From SAR86 cluster bacterium (GTDB lineage: Bacteria > Pseudomonadota > Gammaproteobacteria > Magnimaribacterales > AG-339-G14): a DNA stretch of 64,000 bases. How positions within the stretch are numbered: the first letter of the stretch is position 1; each line of letters begins with the position of its first letter. The notes beneath the pieces are model-generated. The model worked only from the letters and a program-made list of their open reading frames with translations, was not told the DNA's origin and searched no databases. Location: assembly GCA_028135785.1 (NCBI GenBank), contig JAOIHS010000001.1:63194-127193 (forward strand), read 5' to 3'. Below are positions 35,382 to 47,522 of this stretch, piece by piece. A program made the position numbers and the translations under genes.

Positions 35382-36664
35382 TAATTTAATTCTTTTTTTC
35401 CAAGAAATTGAAATTTTTCCCATGCATCTATCATAAGCAATCTATTATATTTAGAAGTCCTATCTGATCTAGACGGTGCTCCAGTCTTAATTTGACCAGC
35501 GCCAGTGCCTACCGCTAAATCAGCTATGAAACTATCTTCAGTTTCACCAGATCTATGAGAAATAACGCAAGTGTAATCATTATCTTTAGCAAGTTTTATA
35601 GTTTCAAATGTTTCAGAAAGAGTGCCAATTTGATTTATCTTAATAAGAATTGAATTAGCAATATTTTTATCTATACCTTGTCTAAATATTTTTTTATTAG
35701 TCACAAACAAATCATCTCCAACCAATTGCGTGGCTTTACCTAACTTATTTGTTAATTCTTCCCAGCCATTCCAATCATTTTCATCCAATCCATCTTCAAT
35801 CGAAGTAATCGAAAATTTTGAGGATAAATCTACTAAATGATCAATAAGTTCTATATTTGAAAACTCTTTACTATCAGAGAATTTATATTTACCATCTTTA
35901 TAAAATTCGGTTGCAGCACAATCTAGGGCAAATGTAATTTGATCATTTATCTTATATCCAGATTCTTCTATAGCTTGAGATATTAAGTTTAATGCTTCTT
36001 CAGAGGATTCGATATTCGGAGCAAAGCCTCCTTCATCGCCAACAGCTGTAGAAAAACCTGCTTTGTTTAAAGTATCTTTTAATGAGTTAAAAACTTCTAC
36101 TCCGCACCTTAGTGCGTCTTTAAAAGAAGTAAAGCCTATCGGCTGAATCATAAACTCTTGAAAATCTAAGCCATTATTTGCGTGCGCTCCACCGTTTAAT
36201 ATATTCATCATAGGTACAGGCATTCTCATATCCGTTTCTAATTCAAAAGAATTTTTACAAATATTGTTTATGTGCTTATACAAAGGAATATTTAAAGAGT
36301 TTGAAGATGCTTTGCAACAAGCCAAAGATAAAGCTAAAGCAATATTGGCTCCGAAATTCTCTTTATTTTCCGTTCCATCTAACGAAATTATCTTTTCATC
36401 GATAGTTTTCTGATCGTTTGCATCAGAACCAATAAATTCAGGGAAAAAATTTTGTTCAGCATTCTTGATAACAAGTTCCACCCCTTTTCCATGAAAAGAT
36501 TTTCCCCCATCTCTTTTCTCTATCGCTTCTCTGGATCCAGTTGATGCGCCTGATGGAACAAATCCGCATCCTATAGACCCATCTTCCAAAAGAACATCTG
36601 CAGCAATAGTAGGATTTCCTCTAGAGTCTAAAATTTCATAAGCAGCTATTTTTTTTATTTTCAT
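35381..36664 (-). CDS. eno: enolase
   Basis: 427 aa; ILDSRGNPT, SHRSGETED and IKTGAPSRSDR motifs. Confidence 0.97.
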   Translation of the reverse strand: MKIKKIAAYEILDSRGNPTIAADVLLEDGSIGCGFVPSGASTGSREAIEKRDGGKSFHGKGVELVIKNAEQNFFPEFIGSDANDQKTIDEKIISLDGTENKENFGANIALALSLACCKASSNSLNIPLYKHINNICKNSFELETDMRMPVPMMNILNGGAHANNGLDFQEFMIQPIGFTSFKDALRCGVEVFNSLKDTLNKAGFSTAVGDEGGFAPNIESSEEALNLISQAIEESGYKINDQITFALDCAATEFYKDGKYKFSDSKEFSNIELIDHLVDLSSKFSITSIEDGLDENDWNGWEELTNKLGKATQLVGDDLFVTNKKIFRQGIDKNIANSILIKINQIGTLSETFETIKLAKDNDYTCVISHRSGETEDSFIADLAVGTGAGQIKTGAPSRSDRTSKYNRLLMIDAWEKFQFLGKKELN

Positions 36665-36665
36665 A

Positions 36666-37487
36666 TTAAAAACTTTTCACAAGATCGTCTACAGCATTTA
36701 TTTTTGATAGAAATGCTCCCAATTCATCAAGCTTAGTGGCTGAAGGACCATCACACTTAGCTTGAGAGGGCTCCGGATGAACTTCTATAAATATACCTGC
36801 TAAACCTATGGCCACTCCGGAAAGAGCCAAGTCGAGTGCTTGACCGCTTCTTCCATCAGCAGAGATTCCAGCTCCGCCTGGAAGCTGAAGTGAATGCGTA
36901 ACATCAAATATAACTGGATTTCCAAATTCTTTTAATTTGGACATACCAAGCATATCAACAACTAAATTGTTATATCCGAAAGATGTTCCTCTTTCGCACA
37001 ACATTATCTGTTCATTACCAAAGTGAGTACATTTATTTATTATATTTTCCATTTGTTCTGGAGATAAAAACTGTCCTTTTTTTATATTCAAAGGTTTACT
37101 GGTTTCGCATGCCGCTTTTATTAAATCAGTTTGACGGCACAGAAAGGCTGGGATTTGAATTACATCGACTACTTCAGCTATTTTATCTACTTGATTTATT
37201 TCATGGATATCCGTTATTAAATTATAACCCTCGCTTTTTAAAGCTTTAAAAATTGCAATTCCTTTATCTATCCCCATACCTCTATAAGAATCAACTGAAG
37301 ATCTATTTGCTTTATCGAAAGATGCTTTAAAAATAAATGGATTATTAGTTTGAGAAACTATTTTTTTTAATTTCGCTGCTACTTCTAAAGTTTGCTCTTC
37401 AGATTCTAAAATATTAAGACCAGCAATTACTGTTAATTGATTGGAGTTAGAAATTTCACAATTAGAGATATTTATACTTTTAGTCAT
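36666..37487 (-). CDS. kdsA: 3-deoxy-8-phosphooctulonate synthase
   Basis: FKASFDKANRSS and DVTHSLQLPGG motifs. Confidence 0.93.
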   Translation of the reverse strand: MTKSINISNCEISNSNQLTVIAGLNILESEEQTLEVAAKLKKIVSQTNNPFIFKASFDKANRSSVDSYRGMGIDKGIAIFKALKSEGYNLITDIHEINQVDKIAEVVDVIQIPAFLCRQTDLIKAACETSKPLNIKKGQFLSPEQMENIINKCTHFGNEQIMLCERGTSFGYNNLVVDMLGMSKLKEFGNPVIFDVTHSLQLPGGAGISADGRSGQALDLALSGVAIGLAGIFIEVHPEPSQAKCDGPSATKLDELGAFLSKINAVDDLVKSF

Positions 37488-37489
37488 AA

Positions 37490-39115
<1,626 letters not shown>

Positions 39116-39177
39116 CTAAAAACCTTATCAAGATGGAAAATTATTTTAACAAGAAGAAGTAAAAGCTACAACGAAAT

Positions 39178-40269
39178 TTATGCGATTTCCTTAGAAGTAT
39201 CTAGAGGCTTTTCAAGAGATACCCAGTCTATGTCTCCATCGGTAGGCCAATTCTCATATTCAAGAACGCCTAACTCTTCATATAAAGGTCTTACTCTGTC
39301 TGTTAAGAGACCAATTCTAGATAGATTAGGAACAACCCTTGTGAATAATAAATGTTGAAAGTTATTCATTACATCAGCCTTGAGGGCAAAAGCCTGTGCT
39401 TCTTCTACATCCCATCCAAAATTAGTATAGACATCATTGGACATAAGCCTTCCTCTCATAACCATGCAAGCCTCGTAAGCAAATTGAGCTCTTTCTTCAA
39501 GCTCTTCTTCAGATAATGTTTTCAAATACTCTTCTAGATAGTTAACTCCAAAGGTCACATGACGAGCTTCGTCTCGAATAATCAGATAGAGCATATCTTT
39601 GAATACAGGATCGGAAGTTCCTTGTTTTGCTACATTGAATGCAGCTAATGCTAGACCTTCGATAATAATCTGCATACCGATAAATTTAAGATCCCATCTA
39701 GGATCCGTAAGGATCTTATCTAATAGAGATTTTAAACCATTTCCAATGGGATACATTAATCTCTGTCTAGTTTGGATATATTTATTAAAGGCTTCTACAT
39801 GCCTGGCTTCATCAAAAGTCTGAGAAGCAGCATAAAGCTTTGCGTTAAAAGTTGGCGCGCAAGAAACTAATTGAGACGCCACTAGCAAAGCACCTTGTTC
39901 TCCATGTAAAAACTGACTTAAAGACCATGAACCTCTATGTTTTAAAAATAGAAATTTATCCTCATTTGATAAATCTTGGTAAGGCTTATATTCATCCCAA
40001 AACATAGGCGGTGGTGTCTCGCCTGCTTCTGGCATGGGCTGTGACCAGTCAATATCAGTGGATGCATTCCAGTTAAGCTCTTTTCCTAATTCATATAAAC
40101 GCTTAATACGATTGTCTTGAATCGTATAATCCCAATTATAAGCTCCAGTTAAAGGTGTTTGAAATATCTCAGCAACATTCTCTACTTGCTCTTCACTTAA
40201 ACCGAGTTCATTTTCAACAGGGAATTCTTTTATTTTTCTAGGGGTTTCTTTAACTTGAGTAATTTTCAT
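39178..40269 (-). CDS. ferritin-like diiron-carboxylate protein (AurF/R2-like oxygenase fold), function unknown
   Basis: Two E...ExxH pairs: GEQGAL...FDEARHVEAF and IIEGLA...RDEARHVTFG. 363 aa, with no signal peptide. Confidence 0.65.
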   Translation of the reverse strand: MKITQVKETPRKIKEFPVENELGLSEEQVENVAEIFQTPLTGAYNWDYTIQDNRIKRLYELGKELNWNASTDIDWSQPMPEAGETPPPMFWDEYKPYQDLSNEDKFLFLKHRGSWSLSQFLHGEQGALLVASQLVSCAPTFNAKLYAASQTFDEARHVEAFNKYIQTRQRLMYPIGNGLKSLLDKILTDPRWDLKFIGMQIIIEGLALAAFNVAKQGTSDPVFKDMLYLIIRDEARHVTFGVNYLEEYLKTLSEEELEERAQFAYEACMVMRGRLMSNDVYTNFGWDVEEAQAFALKADVMNNFQHLLFTRVVPNLSRIGLLTDRVRPLYEELGVLEYENWPTDGDIDWVSLEKPLDTSKEIA

Positions 40270-40296
40270 ATCGTGAATTTATTACATTTTAAAGAA

Positions 40297-41385
40297 TTAT
40301 TCTATATATTTTCTTTTTACTCTTTCAGATAAAGATGTCATTAAATTATAAGGAATACTATTAGATTGCTTGGCAACATGCTCTATTGGAAGATTTGGAC
40401 CCCATAAAATTATTTCTGATTCATAGTTGGGATTTTTTACTTTAGTTAAATCAATTGCAATTAGATCCATAGAAATCTTTCCAATAATAGAAACTTTTTT
40501 TTCATCTACTAATACATAACCTTTATTAGATAATGATGGTGGATAACCATCTGCATATCCTATTGGCAGAATTCCTATTATCGAGTCTTTTTTTGCTGTC
40601 CATATTCCATCATATCCAACCTTGCTTCCTTTATTAATGTGTTTAATTGAAATAAGCCTTGTCTTTAAAGTTAAAGCTGGTTTTAAAATTATCTTTTTTT
40701 TATTTTCTTGTTGATTTGATCCATAGACGGAAATACCGGGTCTTATAATATCTTTGTGAGAGCCTTTATAATTGAGTAAACCGCCGGAATTACACAAACT
40801 AGATAAAGTGTTACCACCTAATTTTTTTAATTTTTTTTCTATTTTATTAAATTCACTGATTTGTTTTTTTGACTTCAAAACAGAAGCTTTTGTTCCTGCT
40901 GCTGATGAAAAATGACTCATCAAAACAATATTATTTGTTTTTTTTAAAACTTCTAGATAAGCGTCTTCAGCATCTTGCATATTAAATCCTAGTCTATGCA
41001 TGCCTGTGTCTATTTTTAACCAAACCTTTAAGTCTTTAGAAATTGATTTTTCAGAAGTAAAAAAATTAAGTTGACGCTTTGAATGTAAAACAAAATCTAT
41101 TTTCTTTAGATTTAAAGACTGCAATTCTTTTTGATCATAAGGCCCCTCCATACAAACTATACTTTTGTTTGTAATCGATCTTAAAAATAAAGCTTCTTCA
41201 GAGGTAGCAACGCAATACCCATTCACTTTGGAGTCTATGGCCTTGACCACTTTTTTTATTCCGTGACCATAAGCATTGGCTTTAACTACAGGAAAAAATA
41301 GCGAATCGGGAGCTAAAGATTTTAACCGAGTAATATTAGATTTTATCGATGAGAGATTTATCTCTGCAACCGTGGGTCTGCTCAA
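40297..41385 (-). CDS. alr: alanine racemase
   Basis: PVVKANAYGHG PLP-Lys motif; dnaB-alr synteny. Confidence 0.92.
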   Translation of the reverse strand: MSRPTVAEINLSSIKSNITRLKSLAPDSLFFPVVKANAYGHGIKKVVKAIDSKVNGYCVATSEEALFLRSITNKSIVCMEGPYDQKELQSLNLKKIDFVLHSKRQLNFFTSEKSISKDLKVWLKIDTGMHRLGFNMQDAEDAYLEVLKKTNNIVLMSHFSSAAGTKASVLKSKKQISEFNKIEKKLKKLGGNTLSSLCNSGGLLNYKGSHKDIIRPGISVYGSNQQENKKKIILKPALTLKTRLISIKHINKGSKVGYDGIWTAKKDSIIGILPIGYADGYPPSLSNKGYVLVDEKKVSIIGKISMDLIAIDLTKVKNPNYESEIILWGPNLPIEHVAKQSNSIPYNLMTSLSERVKRKYIE

Positions 41386-41387
41386 TT

Positions 41388-42779
41388 TTATTCGTCCCAG
41401 TCGTCTTGTCTAGTTAGCGCAGGATCGTCTAGGGCTAAATCTTCAAAACGAGCGCATCTCGCAGCAAAATGTAATTTCTTCATTCCTGTTTCACCATTTC
41501 TATGTTTTGCGACAATTATTTGAGCTATACCCGCAGTTTCAGGAGTCTTTTCATAAACTTCTGGTCTGAAAGGAAACATAATCAAATCTGCATCTTGCTC
41601 TAAAGCACCTGAATCTCTTAAGTCAGCCATAACCGGTTTTTTTGTAGTCCTTGATTCTGAGGCACGATTTAATTGAGACAAAGCAACCACAGGAACATCC
41701 ATCTCCTTTGCTATTGCTTTAACTGATCTTGAAATATCTCCCATTTCAGTAACCCTATTATCATTTCCAGTATCCGAACTCATTAACTGAAGATAATCAA
41801 TGGCAATGAGACCAAGTAATGGATTTTCTCTTTTCAATCTTCTTGCTCTAGAGAGAATTTCTGAAGGAGTTAAGCCAGAAGTCTCATCGATATATAACTG
41901 ACTATTATGCAAAATTGAAGCAGCCTCTTCTATTTTTCTATAGTCATCTGGAGTTAGATCTTTAGCTTGCTGCAACTTTTTTAAATCAACTTTAGAAATT
42001 ATAGAGATTAATCGATACATTATTGATCGATTGGACATTTCCATACTAAAAAATAAAACAGGGACTTGATTTTGAATAAAATTTGCAGTCATGCTAAGAG
42101 CAAATGCCGTTTTACCCATACTAGGCCTTCCAGCAACCAAAATTAAATCTCCACCCTGAAGACCTAATGTAATGTTATCTAAATCCCTGAAACCAGTACT
42201 ATGTCCGACTAAAGGAGAGTCAGAATTAGTATTTTTTTCAATATTATCCCAAACAGGCTGAATCAGATCGGCAGCTAATTTTGGTCCTTTTTTTCTATCT
42301 AAAGAGTCTCTTAATTTAACTAATTTATTTTCAGCTGTACTAAAAGCTGATTCTGTTTCTAAATGATCTGTCTCGCTGGCTAATTTACTGATGTCAGAGG
42401 CTGTCGATATTAACTTTCTTAGACTTGATGTTTGTTTGACAATTTCCGCATAATTAGAAAAATTAGCTACCCCAGGAGTTTCTGTTGCGAGTTTTTTTAT
42501 ATACTGTTTTTCATCAAAGCCATTAATAGAAGAAACCTCAGGATCTGAAGTTAAAGATTCTATTAAGGTGACCGTGTCTAATTTACTTCCATAATCATGA
42601 AGTTTTTTTATTGCTTTAAAAATTAAACGATGTTCCGTAAGAGCAAAATCATCTTCTTCAATTGTAACTGTTACCAAATCCCATAAATTAGGATCTAGCA
42701 GAACTCCGCCAAGAACAGCTTTTTCTGCTTCTATTGATATTGGTTGTTCGAATTCGTTTCTCATAAGACAGCTAAACAT
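41388..42779 (-). CDS. dnaB: replicative DNA helicase DnaB
   Basis: IEAEKAVLGGVLLD N-terminus, Walker A motif GRPSMGKTAF and IIVAKHRNG. The start may be the Met at 42764. Confidence 0.96.
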   Translation of the reverse strand: MFSCLMRNEFEQPISIEAEKAVLGGVLLDPNLWDLVTVTIEEDDFALTEHRLIFKAIKKLHDYGSKLDTVTLIESLTSDPEVSSINGFDEKQYIKKLATETPGVANFSNYAEIVKQTSSLRKLISTASDISKLASETDHLETESAFSTAENKLVKLRDSLDRKKGPKLAADLIQPVWDNIEKNTNSDSPLVGHSTGFRDLDNITLGLQGGDLILVAGRPSMGKTAFALSMTANFIQNQVPVLFFSMEMSNRSIMYRLISIISKVDLKKLQQAKDLTPDDYRKIEEAASILHNSQLYIDETSGLTPSEILSRARRLKRENPLLGLIAIDYLQLMSSDTGNDNRVTEMGDISRSVKAIAKEMDVPVVALSQLNRASESRTTKKPVMADLRDSGALEQDADLIMFPFRPEVYEKTPETAGIAQIIVAKHRNGETGMKKLHFAARCARFEDLALDDPALTRQDDWDE

Positions 42780-42820
42780 TCTCCCACTAGAGAGAACTTA
42801 AAACAATTATGAATTTGAAA

Positions 42821-43267
42821 TTATTCTGATTTAATTGTTAAATTAATTAAAGCTATAACTTCGGCATGAAGTTCGATATTTATTTTAAATTCACCTAATT
42901 CTTTTAATGCCCCTTCTGGCAACCTAATCGATTGTCTTTCAATCTCAAAACCACTAGATTCCAAACCATCAGAAATTTCTTTAGTCCCGATAGAACCATA
43001 CATAGCTCCTTCTTCAGTAACGGCAACTTCTAAAGAAAGACTGAATTCATTAAGTTTTTCAAAAATTACTTTAGCAGCTGAAATCTTAATTTCTTCGACT
43101 TCAAGTAATTTAGATTTTTCAGCTTCATAAATTTTTAAATTTTCGTCTGTAGCAGGAATTGCTTTTCCCCCAGGAAGAAGAAAGTTTCTCCCATAGCCAG
43201 ACTTTACGTCTACTAAATCTCCTGGTGAACCTAAGCCTGTGACTGTTTCTTTTAAAATTATTTTCAT
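42821..43267 (-). CDS. rplI: 50S ribosomal protein L9
   Basis: MKIILKETVTGLGSPGDLVDVKSGYGRNFLLP. Confidence 0.95.
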   Translation of the reverse strand: MKIILKETVTGLGSPGDLVDVKSGYGRNFLLPGGKAIPATDENLKIYEAEKSKLLEVEEIKISAAKVIFEKLNEFSLSLEVAVTEEGAMYGSIGTKEISDGLESSGFEIERQSIRLPEGALKELGEFKINIELHAEVIALINLTIKSE

Positions 43268-43273
43268 TTGTAG

Positions 43274-43546
43274 TTAAAATTTATGACCATCGGTATAAGG
43301 AAGAAGAGCTAATTGTCTTGCTCTTTTTATGGCCGTAGTGAGTTGTCTTTGATATTTAGCACTAGTACCCGTCATTCTTGCAGGAGAAATTTTTCCTGTT
43401 TCGTTAATAAATTTAGATAAAAGATCTACGTCTTTATAATCAATTTCAACTACATTTGCAGCAGCAAATTGACATGGTTTCTTTTGCCTTAAAAGATTAT
43501 CGGAATTTTGATTTCTAGATTTTTTTTTATCAAATTTTCTTTTCAT
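43274..43546 (-). CDS. rpsR: 30S ribosomal protein S18
   Basis: [35 protein letters not shown]. Confidence 0.95.
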   Translation of the reverse strand: MKRKFDKKKSRNQNSDNLLRQKKPCQFAAANVVEIDYKDVDLLSKFINETGKISPARMTGTSAKYQRQLTTAIKRARQLALLPYTDGHKF

Positions 43547-43548
43547 TA

Positions 43549-44043
43549 TTAACCTTCCTCTGATTTTTCAGCTAATTCTATTTTCTCTTCAGATTTTTTT
43601 TTCGATACTTCTATCTCTTTATCTTTCTTAGGAGCTTCTTTGGTCTCTGGTTTTTCAGTTAATCTTATTTCAGATTTTGCTGTTATTCTTGATTCAGAAT
43701 ATCTTTTCGATTCAGCCTGTTTTTCTTTTGTTTGAGTTAATAATGCAGATGGTTCGGTTTCTATAGTTTTTTTCTTAACTAAAGAAGATCTTAAAATAGC
43801 TTCATTAAATTTAAAAAGAGTTTCTATATTAGCTAGCTCATTTGCTTCTAATTCAAAGTTAATTAGAAAATAGTGACCTTTGTTACAATCGTTAATTGAG
43901 TATGCCAAATCCCTTGATCCAATATCTTCTGATCTATGTACCACGCCTTTTGATGACTTAATTTGTTCTTGGCATTTATTAAATAAATTAGATTCAGCAG
44001 ACTGCTGAGGATTGAGTATAAAAACTATTTCGTATTGATTCAT
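43549..44043 (-). CDS. rpsF: 30S ribosomal protein S6 (with a long Lys/Glu-rich C-terminal tail)
   Basis: [15 protein letters not shown]...[15 protein letters not shown]. Confidence 0.93.
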   Translation of the reverse strand: MNQYEIVFILNPQQSAESNLFNKCQEQIKSSKGVVHRSEDIGSRDLAYSINDCNKGHYFLINFELEANELANIETLFKFNEAILRSSLVKKKTIETEPSALLTQTKEKQAESKRYSESRITAKSEIRLTEKPETKEAPKKDKEIEVSKKKSEEKIELAEKSEEG

Positions 44044-44125
44044 ATATATCCTTTTGATTTATGTCCTTAATAAAATTAAGTAAGAACAAGGAAAAACTGA
44101 GCGAAGTGTATTTTATTAGTCTCTA

Positions 44126-45034
44126 TTAGGCAATAGGTTTAAAGAGTATTTTCTCTAATAAATTATTAAATGTTAACCCAGAAAAAGCTGCTGATTTTGG
44201 CACTAAGCTTGTCTCGGTCATTCCAGGAACAGTGTTTACCTCTAAAAAATAAAATCGATTACCATCATCGATTAAATCAACTCTACCCCAACCAGAACAA
44301 CCAAGAGATCTAAATGAAAGCAATGCTTGGTTTTTTAAATAAATTAATCTTTCTGCATTAAGCACAGCTTTTTGATAAATTGTTTCTTTACTTAAATATT
44401 TAGCCTCAAAATCATAATATTCAGAATTTGGGATAACTTCTATTGGATCAAATGCAAGATCATTTAAAATCGTGACTGTTAATTCTTTTCCTTTGATGTG
44501 TTTTTCAATTAAAACTTTTTTATCGTATTTTGAAGCCGCTCTTATTGCTTCCTCTAGATCACTTTTATTATTATCTATTATGGAAATCCCAAAACTTGAT
44601 CCTTCATTTGCGGGCTTTACGACAACCTTTCCTTTTAGCTTTAAAATATCATCTAAGTTATTTTCGTAAACAAAAAAATTAGGATTAAGAATCTTTTCTT
44701 TATTCCATATCGTCTTAGTTAAAACTTTATCCATAGCTAGCTTAGAGGAATTACTATTACTTCCAGTAAAAGGAAGGGAAATGCTTTCAAGATAATTTTG
44801 TAAAGAACCATCTTCCCCGCCACGGCCATGCACCAATATAAAAGCTAAATCTAATCCTTCGTATGTCTTTTTTGAAAATGCTATATCTGCAGAAGATAGA
44901 TCGATTAATTCACAATTAAAACCTTCTTCAATTAATGTACCGTAAACTGAATTTCCACTTTTTAATGATATTTCTCTCTCAGCTGACCAGCCTCCATAAA
45001 GTATTCCAATATTAAGATCCTTATTTTTTTTCAT
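44126..45034 (-). CDS. ddl: D-alanine--D-alanine ligase
   Basis: ATP-grasp fold; GGWSAEREISL, HGRGGEDGSLQ and EVNTVPGMT motifs. Confidence 0.93.
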   Translation of the reverse strand: MKKNKDLNIGILYGGWSAEREISLKSGNSVYGTLIEEGFNCELIDLSSADIAFSKKTYEGLDLAFILVHGRGGEDGSLQNYLESISLPFTGSNSNSSKLAMDKVLTKTIWNKEKILNPNFFVYENNLDDILKLKGKVVVKPANEGSSFGISIIDNNKSDLEEAIRAASKYDKKVLIEKHIKGKELTVTILNDLAFDPIEVIPNSEYYDFEAKYLSKETIYQKAVLNAERLIYLKNQALLSFRSLGCSGWGRVDLIDDGNRFYFLEVNTVPGMTETSLVPKSAAFSGLTFNNLLEKILFKPIA

Positions 45035-46405
45035 TTATGAATTGGCTATCAATTTAGCAAGACTAGAAGTATTGCCAGCTCCTTGAGTTAAAATTATTGA
45101 ATGATCATCAACTAATTTTTTTAACTTTGTTAAAGCATCATCTATGCCCTTAGCTTCGATCACTTTTAAATTTTTAGGCAATGCATTGATCAAGTCTTTT
45201 GTCTCGTAACCTTTAATAATTTCTTCACTGGCTGGATATACTTCCATCAAAATTAAATTGTCTATCTTAGAGAGGACTTCGATAAACTCATTAAATAGTG
45301 CTTTTGTTCTGGTATAACGATGAGGCTGAAAAACTACTATTTTTTTATGATTTTTCCAAATTTTATCAATAGTATCTAAAGTTGCATTAATTTCTTGAGG
45401 ATGGTGTCCATAATCGTCAACTAAAGTGATGCCTTTTCCAAAAATATCTTTGGATATAATTTCAAATCTTCTCTCCACCATCGAACAAGACTCCAATGAT
45501 GTAGATATCTGATTAAAAGTAATTCCTTCATCTAAACTCATAACAATAGCAGCAGCAGCATTAAGAACATTATGTTCGCCGTGCATTGGAATTTTAAAAT
45601 TTTGTGATTTTTGGCTAAGATTATCAATTAAATCAAAACTTGACCCTTCCTCTGATTGAACAAGATCAATAATTTGAAAATCATTTGATTTATTGAAGCC
45701 GTAAGTAATGATGTTTCTAGGAACATTTTTTAAGACATCCAATAACTCATCTGAATCTCCATAAGAGACAATCTTTCCTTGAAATGGGATATTTAAACAA
45801 AACTCTTTAAATGCATCTTTCAATTTTTCAAAGTCTCCATCATAAGTTTCTAAGTGATCATTATCAATATTTGTAATTATAGATTTATGAGGTCTTAGTA
45901 AAAGAAATGAACCATCACTTTCATCAGCTTCTGCCAAAATATGCGGGCCTTTACCCAATGACGCATTTGACTCAAATGCCTTTATTTTACCGCCTATAAT
46001 ATAAGTAGGATCTAAATTACATTGAGTAAATATATGAGCAAGTATGCAGGTTGTTGTTGTCTTACCATGGCTACCAGCAATGGCAATGCTATTTTTTAGC
46101 ATCATTAGGTTAGCTAACATTTCAGCTCTTTTAATAATAGGTACCCCTTGAACATGCCCAAAAATTACTTCAGGATTGTCCTGCCCTATCGCAGATGAAA
46201 TCACAATTAGATCAATATTATTAATATTTTTATCGGAATGCTCATAAAAACACTTCACGCCTATGGTCTCTAATCTCTTTGTAATTTCGGATGGACAATT
46301 ATCTGAACCAGAGACTTGATAATTTAGATTGACTAAAATTTCAGCAATACCGCTCATGCCGGCTCCACCAATTCCTATTAAATGTATTTTATTTATTTTA
46401 GCCAT
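45035..46405 (-). CDS. murC: UDP-N-acetylmuramate--L-alanine ligase
   Basis: IHLIGIGGAGMSGIAE and GSHGKTTTT motifs. Confidence 0.95.
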   Translation of the reverse strand: MAKINKIHLIGIGGAGMSGIAEILVNLNYQVSGSDNCPSEITKRLETIGVKCFYEHSDKNINNIDLIVISSAIGQDNPEVIFGHVQGVPIIKRAEMLANLMMLKNSIAIAGSHGKTTTTCILAHIFTQCNLDPTYIIGGKIKAFESNASLGKGPHILAEADESDGSFLLLRPHKSIITNIDNDHLETYDGDFEKLKDAFKEFCLNIPFQGKIVSYGDSDELLDVLKNVPRNIITYGFNKSNDFQIIDLVQSEEGSSFDLIDNLSQKSQNFKIPMHGEHNVLNAAAAIVMSLDEGITFNQISTSLESCSMVERRFEIISKDIFGKGITLVDDYGHHPQEINATLDTIDKIWKNHKKIVVFQPHRYTRTKALFNEFIEVLSKIDNLILMEVYPASEEIIKGYETKDLINALPKNLKVIEAKGIDDALTKLKKLVDDHSIILTQGAGNTSSLAKLIANS

Positions 46406-46406
46406 T

Positions 46407-47522
46407 TCAATTTACTATTTTTTTAAAAATAATATTTTCGGAATCTTCTATAAAACAATTTAATGAATTTTGTTTCATTAAATTTAATTTACCATTGCAT
46501 AGGTCGATCCTAATACCCTTGAAAAGCCTAATTAAATCATCATTCAAATTAATAGACTCTTGAATTAAATACCCTGCATTTTTTTCTTTTAACTGTTGTG
46601 CGTTATAAAATTGGTGATTATCTATAGCCCAAGGCAAAGGAATAAAAACTCCCACTGAGCCTGAAGCAGATATTTCTGTAACCGAAAGAGCTCCCGATCT
46701 ACAAATTACAATATCTGACCACCTGTAAGCGTCAGCCATATTGTCTATAAATTCAAATACTTCTATTTTTAATGAATCTTGATTCTTGTTGTCATATAAA
46801 ATTTTTACTTCTTGAAGCTTTGCTTTACCGCATTGATGTTTTATAGAAACTTTTCCAAGATTATTTAAAACTTCAGGCATCAATTCATTTAGTCTCTGAG
46901 ATCCTTGACTACCTCCTAAAATTAAAATATTTATAGTTTCACTTTCATCTTTTTTATTGGCTGATAAGTTTTGGGCTAAATTTGAAATATTTTTGTTAAC
47001 TGGATTTCCACTCAATACGATCTCGATATCTTTAGTGTTAATTTTTTTAAAATATTCGATAGTTTGAGTGAATCCACAAAAAACTTTTAAAACTTTATTT
47101 GTACTCACTAGTAATCTTGATACTGATCCTGGAATAGTATTTTGTTCTTGCAAGTAAACAGGCCCTTTAAAATAAAAAAAGGAAGCAAGAGATACGTAAC
47201 CACCGAAAGCTATCATTGGAACTTGCTCTTTACTAAATAATTTAAAAGGCCAGATTCTAAAAAGCATATAAACGCCGCTGATTAAAAATAAAAAAAGAGC
47301 TTTTAACTTCGTAAAAGATGATTTGCCTCTGAATCCTGTTAAAGGAAGTCTTATAAAATTGATATTTAATTTTTTTGCAATTTCTTGTTCAGGACCTCTA
47401 GATGTTCCAATCCAGGTGACCTCAATACCTTCTGATAAAAATTTCTCAGCCACAATTTTGGCTGGGAAGACATGTCCTCCTGTTCCTCCAGAAAGAATAT
47501 ATATTTTTTTTAGATTAAACAT
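46407..47522 (-). CDS. murG: undecaprenyldiphospho-muramoylpentapeptide beta-N-acetylglucosaminyltransferase
   Basis: The start is taken at MFNLKKIYILSGGTGGHVFPA. The ORF-track start at 47564 is a likely upstream extension into ftsW. Confidence 0.92.
   Translation of the reverse strand: MFNLKKIYILSGGTGGHVFPAKIVAEKFLSEGIEVTWIGTSRGPEQEIAKKLNINFIRLPLTGFRGKSSFTKLKALFLFLISGVYMLFRIWPFKLFSKEQVPMIAFGGYVSLASFFYFKGPVYLQEQNTIPGSVSRLLVSTNKVLKVFCGFTQTIEYFKKINTKDIEIVLSGNPVNKNISNLAQNLSANKKDESETINILILGGSQGSQRLNELMPEVLNNLGKVSIKHQCGKAKLQEVKILYDNKNQDSLKIEVFEFIDNMADAYRWSDIVICRSGALSVTEISASGSVGVFIPLPWAIDNHQFYNAQQLKEKNAGYLIQESINLNDDLIRLFKGIRIDLCNGKLNLMKQNSLNCFIEDSENIIFKKIVN

Noticed and set aside
43549-43720. The long Lys/Glu-rich C-terminal tail of S6 as a possible fused gene or frameshift (priB remnant).
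   Set aside because: It is low-complexity, in frame, and has no OB-fold-like PriB sequence. Acidic or charged S6 tails are common.
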